Positions 52,460 to 64,000 of a stretch of DNA of 64,000 bases are shown here, piece by piece. Positions within the stretch are counted from its first letter, which is position 1; the number at the start of each line of letters is the position of its first letter. The stretch lies in assembly GCA_047495785.1 (NCBI GenBank), contig JBLDXI010000056.1, forward strand, positions 372,001 through 436,000, written 5' to 3'. The position numbers were made by a program, and so were the translations under genes. This DNA comes from Lepidodermella squamata. Taxonomy: Eukaryota > Animalia > Gastrotricha. The notes beneath the pieces are model-generated. The model was not told the DNA's origin and made no database searches. It saw only the letters and a program-made list of their open reading frames with translations.

Positions 52460-52726
52460 CAGAATTGAATCACGTTTGGTACTCAATTCAATAATTTGCT
52501 AATGAATTCACTATATACAATAAATTCAGAACGAAAGCCTCGTGATTTCAGTCAGCTTCCTAGATCACATTGGTGGAAAAGCTTCGAATGATAGCAAAAC
52601 TCATATGATAGCAATACGATCTTTATTGAAGAGTTAGTCAGCGCGTTACAACAACATACAAAAGAGAAACAGAAATCTTGAAAAGTCTGAAAGCATTCAT
52701 AACTTCAGTTAGAATAGCCGACTGAA

Positions 52727-53237
52727 TTACTGGCTCTGGCTGGCAGCAACAGCCTTTTTCTTGCCAGACGGTTTAGCCGCGGCGACAGGGTTGTCGGACG
52801 ACTTCTTCGGCAGCAGAATCGCCTGAATGTTCGGCAATACACCACCTTGGGCGATCGTGACGTGCGACAACAACTTGTTGAGTTCCTCGTCATTGCGAAT
52901 GGCGAGTTGAATGTGGCGCGGAACGATGCGAGTTTTCTTGTTGTCACGGGCAGCGTTGCCAGCCAACTCGAGCACTTCAGCCGCCAGGTATTCCATAACA
53001 GCTGCGAGATAAACCGGGGCGCCAGCTCCGACGCGTTCGGCGTAATTACCGCGCTTCAGCAGACGAGTAATACGACCAACTGGAAATTGAAGACCAGCAC
53101 GGGACGACTTGGTCTTGGATTTCGTGCGATTAGCCGAAGCTTTACCGCCCTTTCCACGACCTAAAGTTGACACATTTATTCAATCATGAATTCATAATCA
53201 TTCTGTTCAACTCACCAGCAGCAGCAGGAGCAGACAT
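52727..53237 (-). CDS. H2A: Histone H2A with one intron and an extended SQ-containing tail
   Basis: Exons 53237-53216 (MSAPAAA) and 53160-52727. [12 protein letters not shown]...[10 protein letters not shown], ending AASQSQ*. AATAAA at 52627-52622. Confidence 0.95.
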
Positions 53238-53539
53238 TTTACGATGTGTTGGCGATTAAAACAAATAATTAACGTGAAAAAATGATTATAGTCAAGGCGA
53301 GAGTGAAAAAGTAACGAAGTTATTATATAAAGGCGGTTGCGGCATTAGCACGCGCCAATGGCAAGTGTGTATAATTGTACAGCCGACCAATCAGCGTGCG
53401 CGCAGCATTTTAGACCGCTCTAATGCCGCGCACTAATGCCACTCAGCTCTTATATTGATTTTACAAGTGCGCATTAGCTGTTTTTTCATCGTATATTTAC
53501 TGCTGTTGCTCATTATTATTACATACTACACACTGCAAA
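53238..53539. promoter_or_regulatory. Bidirectional H2A/H2B promoter
   Basis: 302 nt between divergent ATGs. TATA-like tattatataaaa near 53320, two CCAAT boxes (about 53356 and 53387) and four CTAATGC/GCATTAG motifs. Confidence 0.75.
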
Positions 53540-53975
<436 letters not shown>

Positions 53976-54641
53976 TTCGAATCGCAGCTGATTTCCTAAC
54001 ATTTGACCTTGATTTTGTACTACGTCGTGATGCTACACTTTCAGTCTTTGTTTTTTTCTGTCCGATTGAAAAATAAATTGAAATGAACTCATGAAATGTT
54101 GTCTTTTAAACTGGGGCAATTAAGGGAAGCAGTTGCATTTATCTTTTGCATTTATTCTAACCATCGCATGTTGTTGTATAATGAAATTATGACAAAAGAA
54201 GAGAAAACAAAACAGCAAAAAGTTCACTGTATGAGCAATAATATTTTCATGATTAATTCTAGCAATCCTATCTCGATAACATTTCGATTAAAATAGAGAA
54301 ACTGTTCACTTCACTCGAGTTTTTAGCTCCATTTATTGACAGTAAGCACCTATAAATTAAGCAAGAAAGGAAGACAAAATAATAAGATTATATGAACAAA
54401 CGAAGAACAAAGGTTATATAATAGTAGTAATAATAATAATAATATTATGTACAATTATTTCAGCAGTTCTCAGAAGTAATTTCTGCGAAAAAAATGAGCA
54501 AAGGTTTTATTTTTTGACGATGATCAAGAGATTCGTGATTTCATGTTCTGATCAGCGATTACAACTATGAATACTGCGTTTTTTATATAATTTTTGTCCT
54601 AGCTACAAGTAATTGCTACAAATTTCAGTTCGGATTTGCTA

Positions 54642-57600
54642 TTATTGATTGCCAATGTAGGCCTGCAGCTGGATGGCGAGTTGTTTGCGAAATTCTTCGA
54701 CCTTGGCGTCGAACGCCTGCTGGATATTCGAGCGGTAGTTGGCCTCGTTCAGCATCTGCTGCTCGATGGTTTCGTCCTTGGCGAGAATTTCACGCGTCAG
54801 CTTCGTGATTTCAGCCTCGAGGTGCCGAATTTTCTCCTCCTGCTGCGCAATTATTTTGTCCTTACGGGCCACAGTTTCCATATGATTTTGCTTCTGGAAT
54901 ACAGAAAAGTAGACATTAGATAATTTATGAAAATGAAGGAATAGGTACTAGTATTTTATCAAGTCGAGTTTTGATACACAATTCGATAAGTAATCACCTC
55001 AATATAAGTCCAAACATAAGCTGAAGAACGGCTATAATGAAAGCTACCAATGTATTTTCCAGAAATGTAGGGAAACATTATTAGTCTCGTTTTTTTCTCC
55101 AAATTCATGTGAATAAACTTAAATAACATGCTAAATTCGAATTTCTGCCGTGCTTGAGGATCGGCAAAATGACCCTTTTGACCTGAACATCAACTGAAAA
55201 TCTACTGGTTCAAATTTTAACCGGATGGAGTTTTCCAACTTTCCTTATAATTATTACACGATAAAATAGAGCGTATCCCATAGCGTGTCCCACAAGTAAC
55301 AGGGAAAAATGAGCTATAGTCTTAAATGAACGGCGAAGTCATGGTCAGACTAATTCCAAACAGGTAATTAAGTACGACGCCTGTCAATTCGAATGAAAAT
55401 GGGAAGAAATACGGTCCAACCGGGTAAAATATCGAAAATGACCGAAACCAGTTACCTTCCTCAGGGTTTCCCGAGATTTCTTCCCATTTGTTCATTCGTT
55501 AATAATCGGTATCATTTACCCGGTTGGACTTGAACTATCATCAATTAGCATCTCTGGTGGCACTTCAAATATTTTCAGGCAACATCATAGAAAATCGCCT
55601 CTTATTCAAGAAATTCTGATCCCCGAGCACCGATTTCGAAATTGTTTTCTCATTCCTAAAAATATCCATTTCTGAGAAAATACGAACTGCGAATCTCGAA
55701 AGCACTTGAAGCACTCGAAAGCTCAGTGTCGCGGTTTCTTAATCTTTCACAACTATTTCCAAAGTAAAAAAAAATAAGTGGCATCGGACTTGCCTGTTTA
55801 GACATGACTTCATTTTCGATTTGCATCCGCGCGAATTTCTCCGTGTCGACGACAGTTTTGCCCGCGCCCAGCACTTCGTTGTGGTAGTAGTGGCACTTGG
55901 CCAGCAGCGCATCCGCCATTTCCGTGAACAGGTACGGGTGCTTCTCGGCCGCCGGCACCAAGTGCCGCAGTCGCTTCGACGCTATCGCGAACAGCTGCGT
56001 CGACGAGCCGTCATTCGACTCGGGCAGGCCTTCGATGACCGTGCGCAACTGCTCGCGAAACTGGTCGTCGTCGTTCGATTCCGGGAAATTCCAGTTATTC
56101 TCTTTTGCCTCGAGAATTTCTTGAATCCAGGCGCGAATTTTCGGCGTGGCTATCGACCGCTTCTCGACAAATTTCAGCGTTTCGAATAGGTTCGCCCACC
56201 AAGTCTGCTTGTCTTTCTGAGTTTTCACCTGTGAAACAAAATTCAAAAATTTCAAATTCTTAAATGTAACCGAAAATATCGAAATTCGACCCAGTTAACA
56301 ATGGGAGCCTAATGTTTTGCTAGTTTTTAAGATTTATCTTTCCTAGAATTCCAAAATTGTCAGCAATTTTCGTTTTCTTAAACGATCACTCCTTATATTT
56401 TCTATTTAAAACATGAAATTTCTACCGATTCGTCGAAGTCACGGCCGATCAAGCGGAGGAGTTCGTGGATGCAGGCGAATGCGTTCTCGCCCTCGAGTCG
56501 GATCAGCCGGTTAACGCAGTCGACAATTTGGCCCTTGCTGATTTCTTTCGCTTTGTACAGCCCAGCGACGAGGCGAATAGCGCCGATCATGCGCGTCCGC
56601 GACTGGGCTGGCGCGGTCCCGCTTGTACTGTCATGCTGCGAATCACGATCATCCTCTTTACTGTCCTAAAATTATTCAGAAAAATATTATAGAGAAATTG
56701 AACAACAATTCTCGTTACCAACTGAAAATAATAAAAAATCTGACAAAATGCCAGAAAAATGGTGAACATCGCAAACTTTAGCAACAATTACTGGACAACC
56801 TAATAACCTTTAAGGATAACTGTGAAAATGAAGTTTTCCAAAGGATCCTACTACTTACAAGCGGAACAAAATGGTTTATGATCAACTTCATGATTAATTC
56901 AAAAAATTCGAAGTTGAACTAAAATTCTGCGTGATTGATTGGTGCCAAGCTTTGAAACTCGGTACCACTGAGATATTCGTTATTTCATTTTTTTGCTAAT
57001 TGCTCAAAAAAGTTTAATTTCCGAGAATTTTTGAAAATTCCCAAACAACGAGTTGAACCTTTAGTTCTATCTCAAATAGATTCTTCAATTATGTCGATTT
57101 TTTATTCAATTTTAATTGAATGAAGCAAACCTTATCTGTGTCATTCGAGGCAGGCGAATTGCGAATATTGAGCAGCGTAAAACAGCAATTGACGACAGTA
57201 TTCAAGAAATTAACCGGTTTAGCTTCTTCATTTTCGCCACCCGTAGGCGCAAATTCCGCCTTGGACAGCGATCGAAACAGATTCACGTACATATTGAACG
57301 CGTCTTGGTGCTCAGCCGACGCAACCGCCTGTTCAACAATAATTCGAACAGCCTCGATGAACTGTTCGGTTTCTTGCAACGCAACCCGATCGGCTGTTAA
57401 CATTTTGCGAATTCGACTCGCTGTCGAGTCGAAATTCAACGGCACCATTTTTTCGAGTAAAATACGCAATTGATTACATAGAACACGGAACGGTTCGCTT
57501 TTCAACGGTGGCACGTTGAAATTAAGCGGCGGTGGTGCGGAAACGGCGCGATTTTGCGGGGAAATGGACGAATTTGACGGCGATTTCGGCTTAGACGACA

Positions 57601-57937
57601 ACCCGTTTGTCGGCATGTAATTCGGCAGCGGTGGCCATTGCGATTGATTCGCAGCGTTTGGTACGAAAGGCGGGGTTTTCGCGCTCATTTGCGGCATCGG
57701 CTGGCGGAGAGGCTGGAAAGAGCCGGGAAACGGCGGCGGAGGTGGCGGCAAGTGCTGCGACCACTGGCTGTAGGCTACATTGATAGGCGGCGCCGTGAAA
57801 GGCACTTGCGGCGTGATAAATTGGGGCGGAAATTGCGCGTACTGCATCATATTCGGCGGTTTCTGTTGAACCATCGACTGCTTAGACAACGCCGCCAGAT
57901 AGTTATTGTAATTCGGGTCGTAAGGCACAGAACCCAT
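54642..57937 (-). CDS. Divergent MIF4G-domain protein (eIF4G/PAIP1-like) with C-terminal coiled coil, about 577 aa
   Basis: Exons 57937-57131, 56665-56426, 56228-55794 (GC donor), 54893-54642. LRILLEKMVPLNFD, IGAIRLVAGLY, FACIHELLRLIG and KIRAWIQEILEAKENNW parallel the eIF4G MIF4G helices. Confidence 0.75.
55413..55530. mobile_element. About 120-bp intronic MITE
   Basis: TIR gtccaaccgggtaaa / tttacccggttggac; a related fragment lies at 9517-9561. Confidence 0.7.
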
Positions 57938-59144
57938 GGTTTTTTGTATAGTTTTTGTTTTACGACTAAAATTCCCTAAACTATCGAAAAAGTCCACCTT
58001 TGCAATAAATCGATCGCTTTTATCAAACCAAAATCACCACAAACTATTTACGAAACGACGATGGAAAAAATAAAGAAACGTAAATAAATTGAAGTAGGAA
58101 TAAGAAGCAATAACATCAACAATTGACCAGGTAATTGATATTAAAAGAGAGAAGAAGAGGTGAAAACCAGACAGAAACCGTTCGTGCGTTTTGTTCACAT
58201 TTTTGAGCAAGTCGTTGCTGTAGTATGTAATGAGACGGTTGCTGCTGTTGTTGTTGTTTGCGTCGTCGTTGTGTAGTTAATAGGTACGACCATTTGTAAA
58301 ACCGGGTCCGAGTACAGCGCTGTACCATCGTTGCGTGTGTATGCTATTGGTGAGGAAATGGCAAAATGTATAGCACATGTGTGTTGTTTTGACTTATTAT
58401 TACCGTTGACGCGAAAGTAGCATACTAAGAGACACGAGCCATCGACACGAAAAACTGGAGCGATAATAAAAATTTGGCGAGCTGTGATAAAAAATTGACT
58501 ATTATGAATTTCCTGAAGTCCTGAAGATTACTTACGAGGCCCGTAGCCTTGAATTAGTGGCAATCCAAGGAGGGGATGCCCTTCGCTATTTGGCACATGA
58601 TACTTGGACATAAAAATTAACGTCCTATAATATTGACAAAATGCTATATTCAAGTCAATTGTTTTTTTTCACGCCTGCAAGTGCGTGACTGAGTCGACCG
58701 GATGTTGCTATAGCAATACGGAACACTTAATTAAGCACCGATAAGAAGTACGCGGCTAAGATAAGGAATGAATCATTGACGATAACAGTCTCGGATTGCA
58801 TAGCTTTGTCATGCTTCGGAAATTAGAATTACGGATAATCACCGCATAAGACAACGCTGAATTCAATTCATCAGCAAACAATGTTCGAGCCGATTAGCTA
58901 GCTATAAAGAGCCAAAACTTGTCCATTTGAAGATTAAAAGTATAGTACGTGGTAGCAGTGAACTTTAAACAGCTATGAGACTATGAGACACTAAATCAGT
59001 GTGATACAGTACTAAATCAGTACTAAATACATCCCCACCCCCAGTCGCCCACATATGCTAAATGGTAATTTTAATTATCATTTACCAAGTATTTGCAAGA
59101 ATTATTATCGAATTTTGCAAGTTTCAAAAAATGATTGGGAGAGG

Positions 59145-59455
59145 CCGGGTAACAAAATTCAATTTACGAGAAGTAATATGCGAGCAATGGAAGCTTGACG
59201 AGGTTACCGTACAAGGTCTTTACCTAGGAAGCCGAGGAACCATTACGAAACAAACTACAAAACTATTTAAAGAATAGCAATTACCCAAGCAGCTGCTGAC
59301 CGATATAACAAAATAGATCCTAAAGGACTCTATCCATATATCAATCATATATTATACCATATTTCAATCATAAAAAACAAAAATAATATTTTATAAGCAC
59401 TGTGTCATAAGGCAACCTGATTGTTAAATTAGGCAGTCCACATTTTTAATAAATG
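59145..59455 (+). mobile_element. 5'-truncated non-LTR retrotransposon tail (restriction-like endonuclease group, R2/NeSL-like)
   Basis: WKLDEVTVQGLYLGSRGTITKQTTKLFKE*QLPKQLL...ILKDS resembles the V.GL..G.RG C-terminal motif of RLE-type ORFs. It contains stops and frameshifts and is followed by a short UTR and AATAAA near 59448. Confidence 0.55.
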
Positions 59456-60170
59456 TTTATCTCTCTCATGATCTGCGATAGGCGACAGCGAATCCCTAAT
59501 CGCCACTGGAAGAGTTAGGCCACTCAGTCAATCCATCCATCCATCCAGCTTATTGCTAATAATTTCGCAAACTGATGATGGATGATTTAGGAATAGAGAG
59601 GCCAGAAAGAGATCCGTCAAAGCATTCGCATAACCAAACCACAGCTACAACAAACGGCTTCAACATTTAATATCTGCTGAATGGGAATTAGGAAACGGAG
59701 AAGAACCACGATCGAACTTTTCAACTGCCTACAGCATCCTTCAAGAGCTAAATACAACACATTTAAAATGCCCATTAAAGGCACGATTGCCGACAAAGCT
59801 TTATGAGCGCAGGCTAAGCACACACATCAGGGGAGCTGTATGATAGTGATGTAATGAAACGTCATGCACGATAATTGATATAGATTATAGATTTTCGCCT
59901 TTGACCCGGGCGTCGCGTAAATAACCCCGTTAAACCGGAACTTGGGAGACAACAAACAAACATTAGGCCAAAAACCGGCTAGATTTCGCGCCGGTCGTGC
60001 GGCTGTTTGAATTCAAAATCGATGATTTTCGATGCCCGACTGTAAAAAACATTTGAGAAAAACTGATAGCTTGCAAGCAAAATATGTGCGAAAAATAATT
60101 GAATTTTACGCGCGCAAACTCAAGTCGGACCATCAGGATTTGCTGAGAATCGATTCGGTGAGACGATTCC

Positions 60171-61237
60171 GGCCGTAAGGTATTCCGGGATAGCCCCAAT
60201 GTATAGTATATGTTGTACGCCTATAGGGGATTTAAGCCTTTAGGGTATGAGCATTGTATTTAACCAAAATAATAGCCAAACCGCGAGGGTGACTATCGAT
60301 CATCATATATCAATCGATTGCTGTAATTAAGGGCTATCGATTGGTGCCAAATCGAATTCCGCGCGGAACTTTTGGAAATATGATTTTTGCCTTCAAAGTT
60401 AAAAAAATGCGGAAAATATGCGTTTATTGGCCAAAACTTGACCCTGAGTGTGCCGCGTGGACTTCGATTTGGCACCAATCGATAGCCCTTGATTACAGCA
60501 ATCGATTGATATATGATGATCGATAGTCACCATCACGGTTTGGCCGCTATGACAGTTTAAAATATTGCTTATCCCGTATTGGCTTAAGCCTATACCGTAT
60601 AAGCTTAGATCCTCTATAGGCGTACAACATATACATCGTGTATAGCGCGCACTTGTATACTATACAACCGTATACTATACAGCGTGTATACTATACATGT
60701 ATACTATACAACCATGGAGTGCGCACTAGGTGCTTGTATACCATACATGTATACTATACAAGTTGCAACTTCTTGAGCGTGCTTCTATGCAATCTACGCG
60801 CACTCTACACAAGAAACAGCTTTTTAAAGCTCCTGTAATCAACTATTTTCGAGCCAATCAAATTATTACTCTTCTAGACATGTCCCTCATTCCACAGTCT
60901 GGCCACAATTCAATTTGGCTGTAAAATTCATACCTAATTTTCCCGAAGCTGAATGCTAAACGCTTGTTCATAGAGCCTAGAGCAACTACCGATTTATCTA
61001 AATTCGAATGTTAAGCAGGGGGTCATGCTTCTACCAACTTGATCTGCATTTTAGGTTTGAAAACGGCCATAATTTTGACGTACTTGTATGGTATACAAGT
61101 GCGCGCGCGCATCCGCAGCTTGTATAGTATACATGTATAGTATACACGCTGTATAGTATACGGTTGTATAGTATACAAGTGCGCGCTATACACGATGTAT
61201 ACTATACATTGGGGCTATCCCGGAATACCTTACGGCC
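60171..61237. mobile_element. Foldback DNA element with long TIRs containing tatactatac subrepeats
   Basis: ggccgtaaggtattccgggatagccccaatgtatagtata... is mirrored at about 61100-61237. The flanking duplication is gattcc, or 4 or 8 bp depending on where the ends are placed. Confidence 0.9.
60211..60629. mobile_element. 419-bp palindromic MITE nested in the left TIR of the foldback element
   Basis: TIR tgttgtacgcctatag...; near-perfect inner arms 60275-60370 vs 60450-60545; TATA duplicated on both sides. Confidence 0.9.
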
Positions 61238-61464
61238 GATTCCGCCGCAATCTTTTCCTTTGTGGTCCAATTTCATAGTGGAATCAAATATTGTAAACAG
61301 ATTTGTATAATCTGGTCTTCTTTTCGATCGTTTTCAAGCTCACCTCTACTGTTAGTCACCCAACTGCAAACTTTGCTGTTAAGATAGCTCTGAATCCTTG
61401 TAAGAAGATTACAACACTGCGTTATTGGGCTCACTAGAAAAACGTTTTTATTGACTGTTACAAA

Positions 61465-62226
61465 ATGAACCAGGGAGATCCATACACTACTGATTCTTTG
61501 CCGACGTTCTTGTTAATCGGCGATTCGCTTACTCAATATTCTTTCTCAGAGCAAGGAGGCTGGGCCAGCATATTATCAGATCGCTTGGTGCGTCGCTGTG
61601 ACGTTGTTGCTCGTGGCCTCTCTGGCTACAACACGCGAATGATCCGTAATTATTTGTCTGAGATCGTTGATCCTTTCAAAAATACTAATGTTATTGGCGC
61701 GATGCTTTTTCTTGGAGCCAATGATGCGTCTGATGAAGGGCTCAATAAGCACCAACACGTACCGTTGCTGGAATACGAAGACAATTTGGTCGAAATAGCT
61801 AAAGCTGTGCTTCAAAAATTGCCAAGTCTTTCACCCGATCGCTTTATAATTGTTTCTCCTCCACCTGTTGACGAGGAAATGCGTCAAGATTACGTACAAA
61901 CGACGCACGGCATTCTTGACCGCTTCAACAGATACGTCGAATGTTACGCAAGGGCTGCAAAGAGTGCTGCTGAACGGGCGGGGGTTGACTTTGCAGACGT
62001 ACACGAAGCCGCTGTGAAAGCCGGAGCTGCTCGTAGCTTGGATGACGACCCTAACACGCCCCGGCTAACTAATTTTTTCACTGATGGCTTGCATTTTGGC
62101 AGAGTAGGCTCTGAACTGGTTGCTAGTGTCGTGTGGCCGCATGTTAACCGTATTACGAAAGACTTGCGTGTCCTTCTTCCCAACTGGCGAGACGTCGATA
62201 CTAGCAAAATTCAATTTGATGACTGA
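61465..62226 (+). CDS. IAH1: Isoamyl acetate-hydrolysing esterase 1 homolog (SGNH/GDSL)
   Basis: IGDSLTQ, RRCDVVARGLSGYNTR, FLGANDA, DGLH, LPNWRDVD. Intronless. Confidence 0.93.
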   Translation: MNQGDPYTTDSLPTFLLIGDSLTQYSFSEQGGWASILSDRLVRRCDVVARGLSGYNTRMIRNYLSEIVDPFKNTNVIGAMLFLGANDASDEGLNKHQHVPLLEYEDNLVEIAKAVLQKLPSLSPDRFIIVSPPPVDEEMRQDYVQTTHGILDRFNRYVECYARAAKSAAERAGVDFADVHEAAVKAGAARSLDDDPNTPRLTNFFTDGLHFGRVGSELVASVVWPHVNRITKDLRVLLPNWRDVDTSKIQFDD

Positions 62227-62338
62227 AAAGCTGTTGACTAGTTATTGAAATACTTAGTAGTCTTGCTGTGATCTCGAGATGCTTAATCAATTGATTTATG
62301 GTTGACAAATTCTTATGTCTTTTGTAGGAAGTTGAAAA

Positions 62339-63493
62339 ATGCCACTTTGGCGTATTTATGTCGAGAAAGCGCGTCAAGCTGCTCTTGGTATAACTGTAAC
62401 CGTAGCCTTTACTTCAGGAGCATTGTACGTGTTCACCAATGCGACTTATTATGGACTAAGGAAGTTCAAGCGTCGGCATGTGTTGCGCAGTGATAAAAAT
62501 GCTCCTTTAGAGTTGTCAGATCAAACCGAAACTATTGCCTGGCAAGCTATGGATGACGCTAATATTAGTGGCTACCAGCGCGGTAATTTACTGCTTTTCC
62601 CCTCGAAACACGCGAGCAAAACCTTTAACAACGTTGCCGAACCAGTTCGAAGCGGTTCTTTATACCTGAGATCAGGCGCAGCTGTTGGTTTGCCTTTCTT
62701 CTACAACTGGGAAAAGCCTGAAGATGTTAATCTTCAACTGATTGCAAAAACTTGGGGTTTACCTGTCGAAAACCTTAGCCCTGAGGATGTGAAAGAATTG
62801 AAACATTGTTGTGTTTTGTCGTCTCAAGCTCGTCGTTATGCAGTAGCGAGGTCGTTATCTCTTGGTTACAACAACGAAGTTCTCTACGGAATCCTCCACT
62901 TCGAATTTTTCCTCTTCACAACGCTCATGACCGCAACCTATATGTGGAACGCTCATTTACCAGCAATTTTCAACGCTGCCGGATTTTTCGTCAACGTTTC
63001 TCTGTGGAGAATGGTAACACTGTGGTACAGGCATCATATTTACAAAAATGCCGTCACATCTGCGACCTGTTTATCCGAAGTCACGGCTTCTGGAGCTGAT
63101 GAATTCTACGATAAAGCGATTCGCTTGAATAAACTGGCCGAGAAACTAAAGGGACAAAGTGTCCCTGGGTTAGATATTGTGCGCAAAGTCTGGTCTTACG
63201 TTTTCTCTATGCGGCCTGATGGAATGTCGCTAGAATCAGAAAGGACAGTTGCTTTAGAGGCGAAATCGAAGCTAACAACCGGGGAGTTGGTCTACAAGCC
63301 TTTGGCGAAAGGCTACAGTGGACGGAGAATGGCCATGCCACCAGTTCCGATTTTGCCAACGAGTGAGGCGGTCTCTGAGCCTGAAAAATTCCTGAAACGA
63401 AGCGGATTTGAAGGCGACATGGAACAGGAGTTGCTAGCCGGACCTCATTTTCGTCATCTGCATCAAAATGCGTCAACGCCTCAATCAAGCTAG
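62339..63493 (+). CDS. TMEM177: TMEM177-like mitochondrial membrane protein
   Basis: N-terminal TM, GAAVGLPFFY and VLSSQARRYAVAR motifs, two further TM segments. Intronless, 384 aa. Family assigned from recalled motifs. Confidence 0.68.
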   Translation: MPLWRIYVEKARQAALGITVTVAFTSGALYVFTNATYYGLRKFKRRHVLRSDKNAPLELSDQTETIAWQAMDDANISGYQRGNLLLFPSKHASKTFNNVAEPVRSGSLYLRSGAAVGLPFFYNWEKPEDVNLQLIAKTWGLPVENLSPEDVKELKHCCVLSSQARRYAVARSLSLGYNNEVLYGILHFEFFLFTTLMTATYMWNAHLPAIFNAAGFFVNVSLWRMVTLWYRHHIYKNAVTSATCLSEVTASGADEFYDKAIRLNKLAEKLKGQSVPGLDIVRKVWSYVFSMRPDGMSLESERTVALEAKSKLTTGELVYKPLAKGYSGRRMAMPPVPILPTSEAVSEPEKFLKRSGFEGDMEQELLAGPHFRHLHQNASTPQSS

Positions 63494-63603
63494 TCGTGCC
63501 CAAATAAATGCTAGTTTTTCTATAAAAAAAAGCTCAGGGAAATAATCGCGAAGTTATTCGTAATGTAAAATTTATTTGCTTGATTTTAAATGTTTCGTTT
63601 AGA

Positions 63604-64000
63604 ATGGGAGTTGTTAATAATCTTATTTCGCCGGTTTTCGCCCATCGAATTGGTGCGAAACAAATTTTGGCTTTCGTGCTGGTTGAAGCCTTCCTGGTTA
63701 CGTTTATTATCAAGAAAATAAAATGTAAGATTTTCTTGTCGAGTTATCTCAGTAAGATATTGATTCAACAAAATACCGAATTTTTCTAGACACGGAAATC
63801 GATTGGATCGCCTATATCCAGGAAGTTGAAGGTTTTCTCAATGGATCTCGAAATTACACGGAACTCAAGGGTGACACTGGACCTCTCGTCTACCCAGCCG
63901 GTTTCGTCTACGCCTACTCAGCCCTTTACTACATTTACAAATGGAGCCAAGATTTGACGACTATGCAATTCATTTTCGGCGGTCTGTATCTTGCCAATCT
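63604..64000 (+). CDS. ALG3: Dol-P-Man alpha-1,3-mannosyltransferase ALG3, 5' part
   Basis: Exons 63604-63724 and 63790-window end give KIKY|[18 protein letters not shown]...[16 protein letters not shown]. Confidence 0.95.

Noticed and set aside
58704-58717. Near-perfect X-box palindrome gttgctatagcaat upstream of the MIF4G gene
   Set aside because: It is a single motif in repeat-like sequence about 770 nt from the ATG, with no other support for RFX regulation.

Overview
Eukaryotic (animal) nuclear DNA from a compact, gene-dense genome. Most introns are short (about 50-90 nt) GT-AG introns, and TTAGGG-type repeats are present; an invertebrate, possibly a flatworm-like spiralian, is an inference only. 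The conserved genes I could reconstruct exon by exon are EFCAB6-like, NKAPD1, SETD2, SRSF7-like, neuroglian/L1CAM, UBE2E, GRASP, SmD1, an intron-containing H2A/H2B pair, a MIF4G protein, IAH1, TMEM177 and the 5' part of ALG3. A repeat-rich accessory block at about 7-28 kb holds the most unusual material. (1) A Cys-loop (pLGIC) ion-channel subunit fused behind four tandem LamG/pentraxin-like domains; it is split between M1 and M2 by a 3-kb insertion carrying a 60-bp tandem array, a Helitron-like end and a GIY-YIG fragment. (2) A secreted polyprotein with eight copies of a Lys/Pro-rich peptide separated by acidic Arg-flanked linkers. (3) An intronless GTPase nested in an EFCAB6 intron. Several gene runs have operon-like spacing (110-112 nt between CDSs) with apparently unpaired splice acceptors, suggesting SL trans-splicing. 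All calls are from manual reading; no searches were run.
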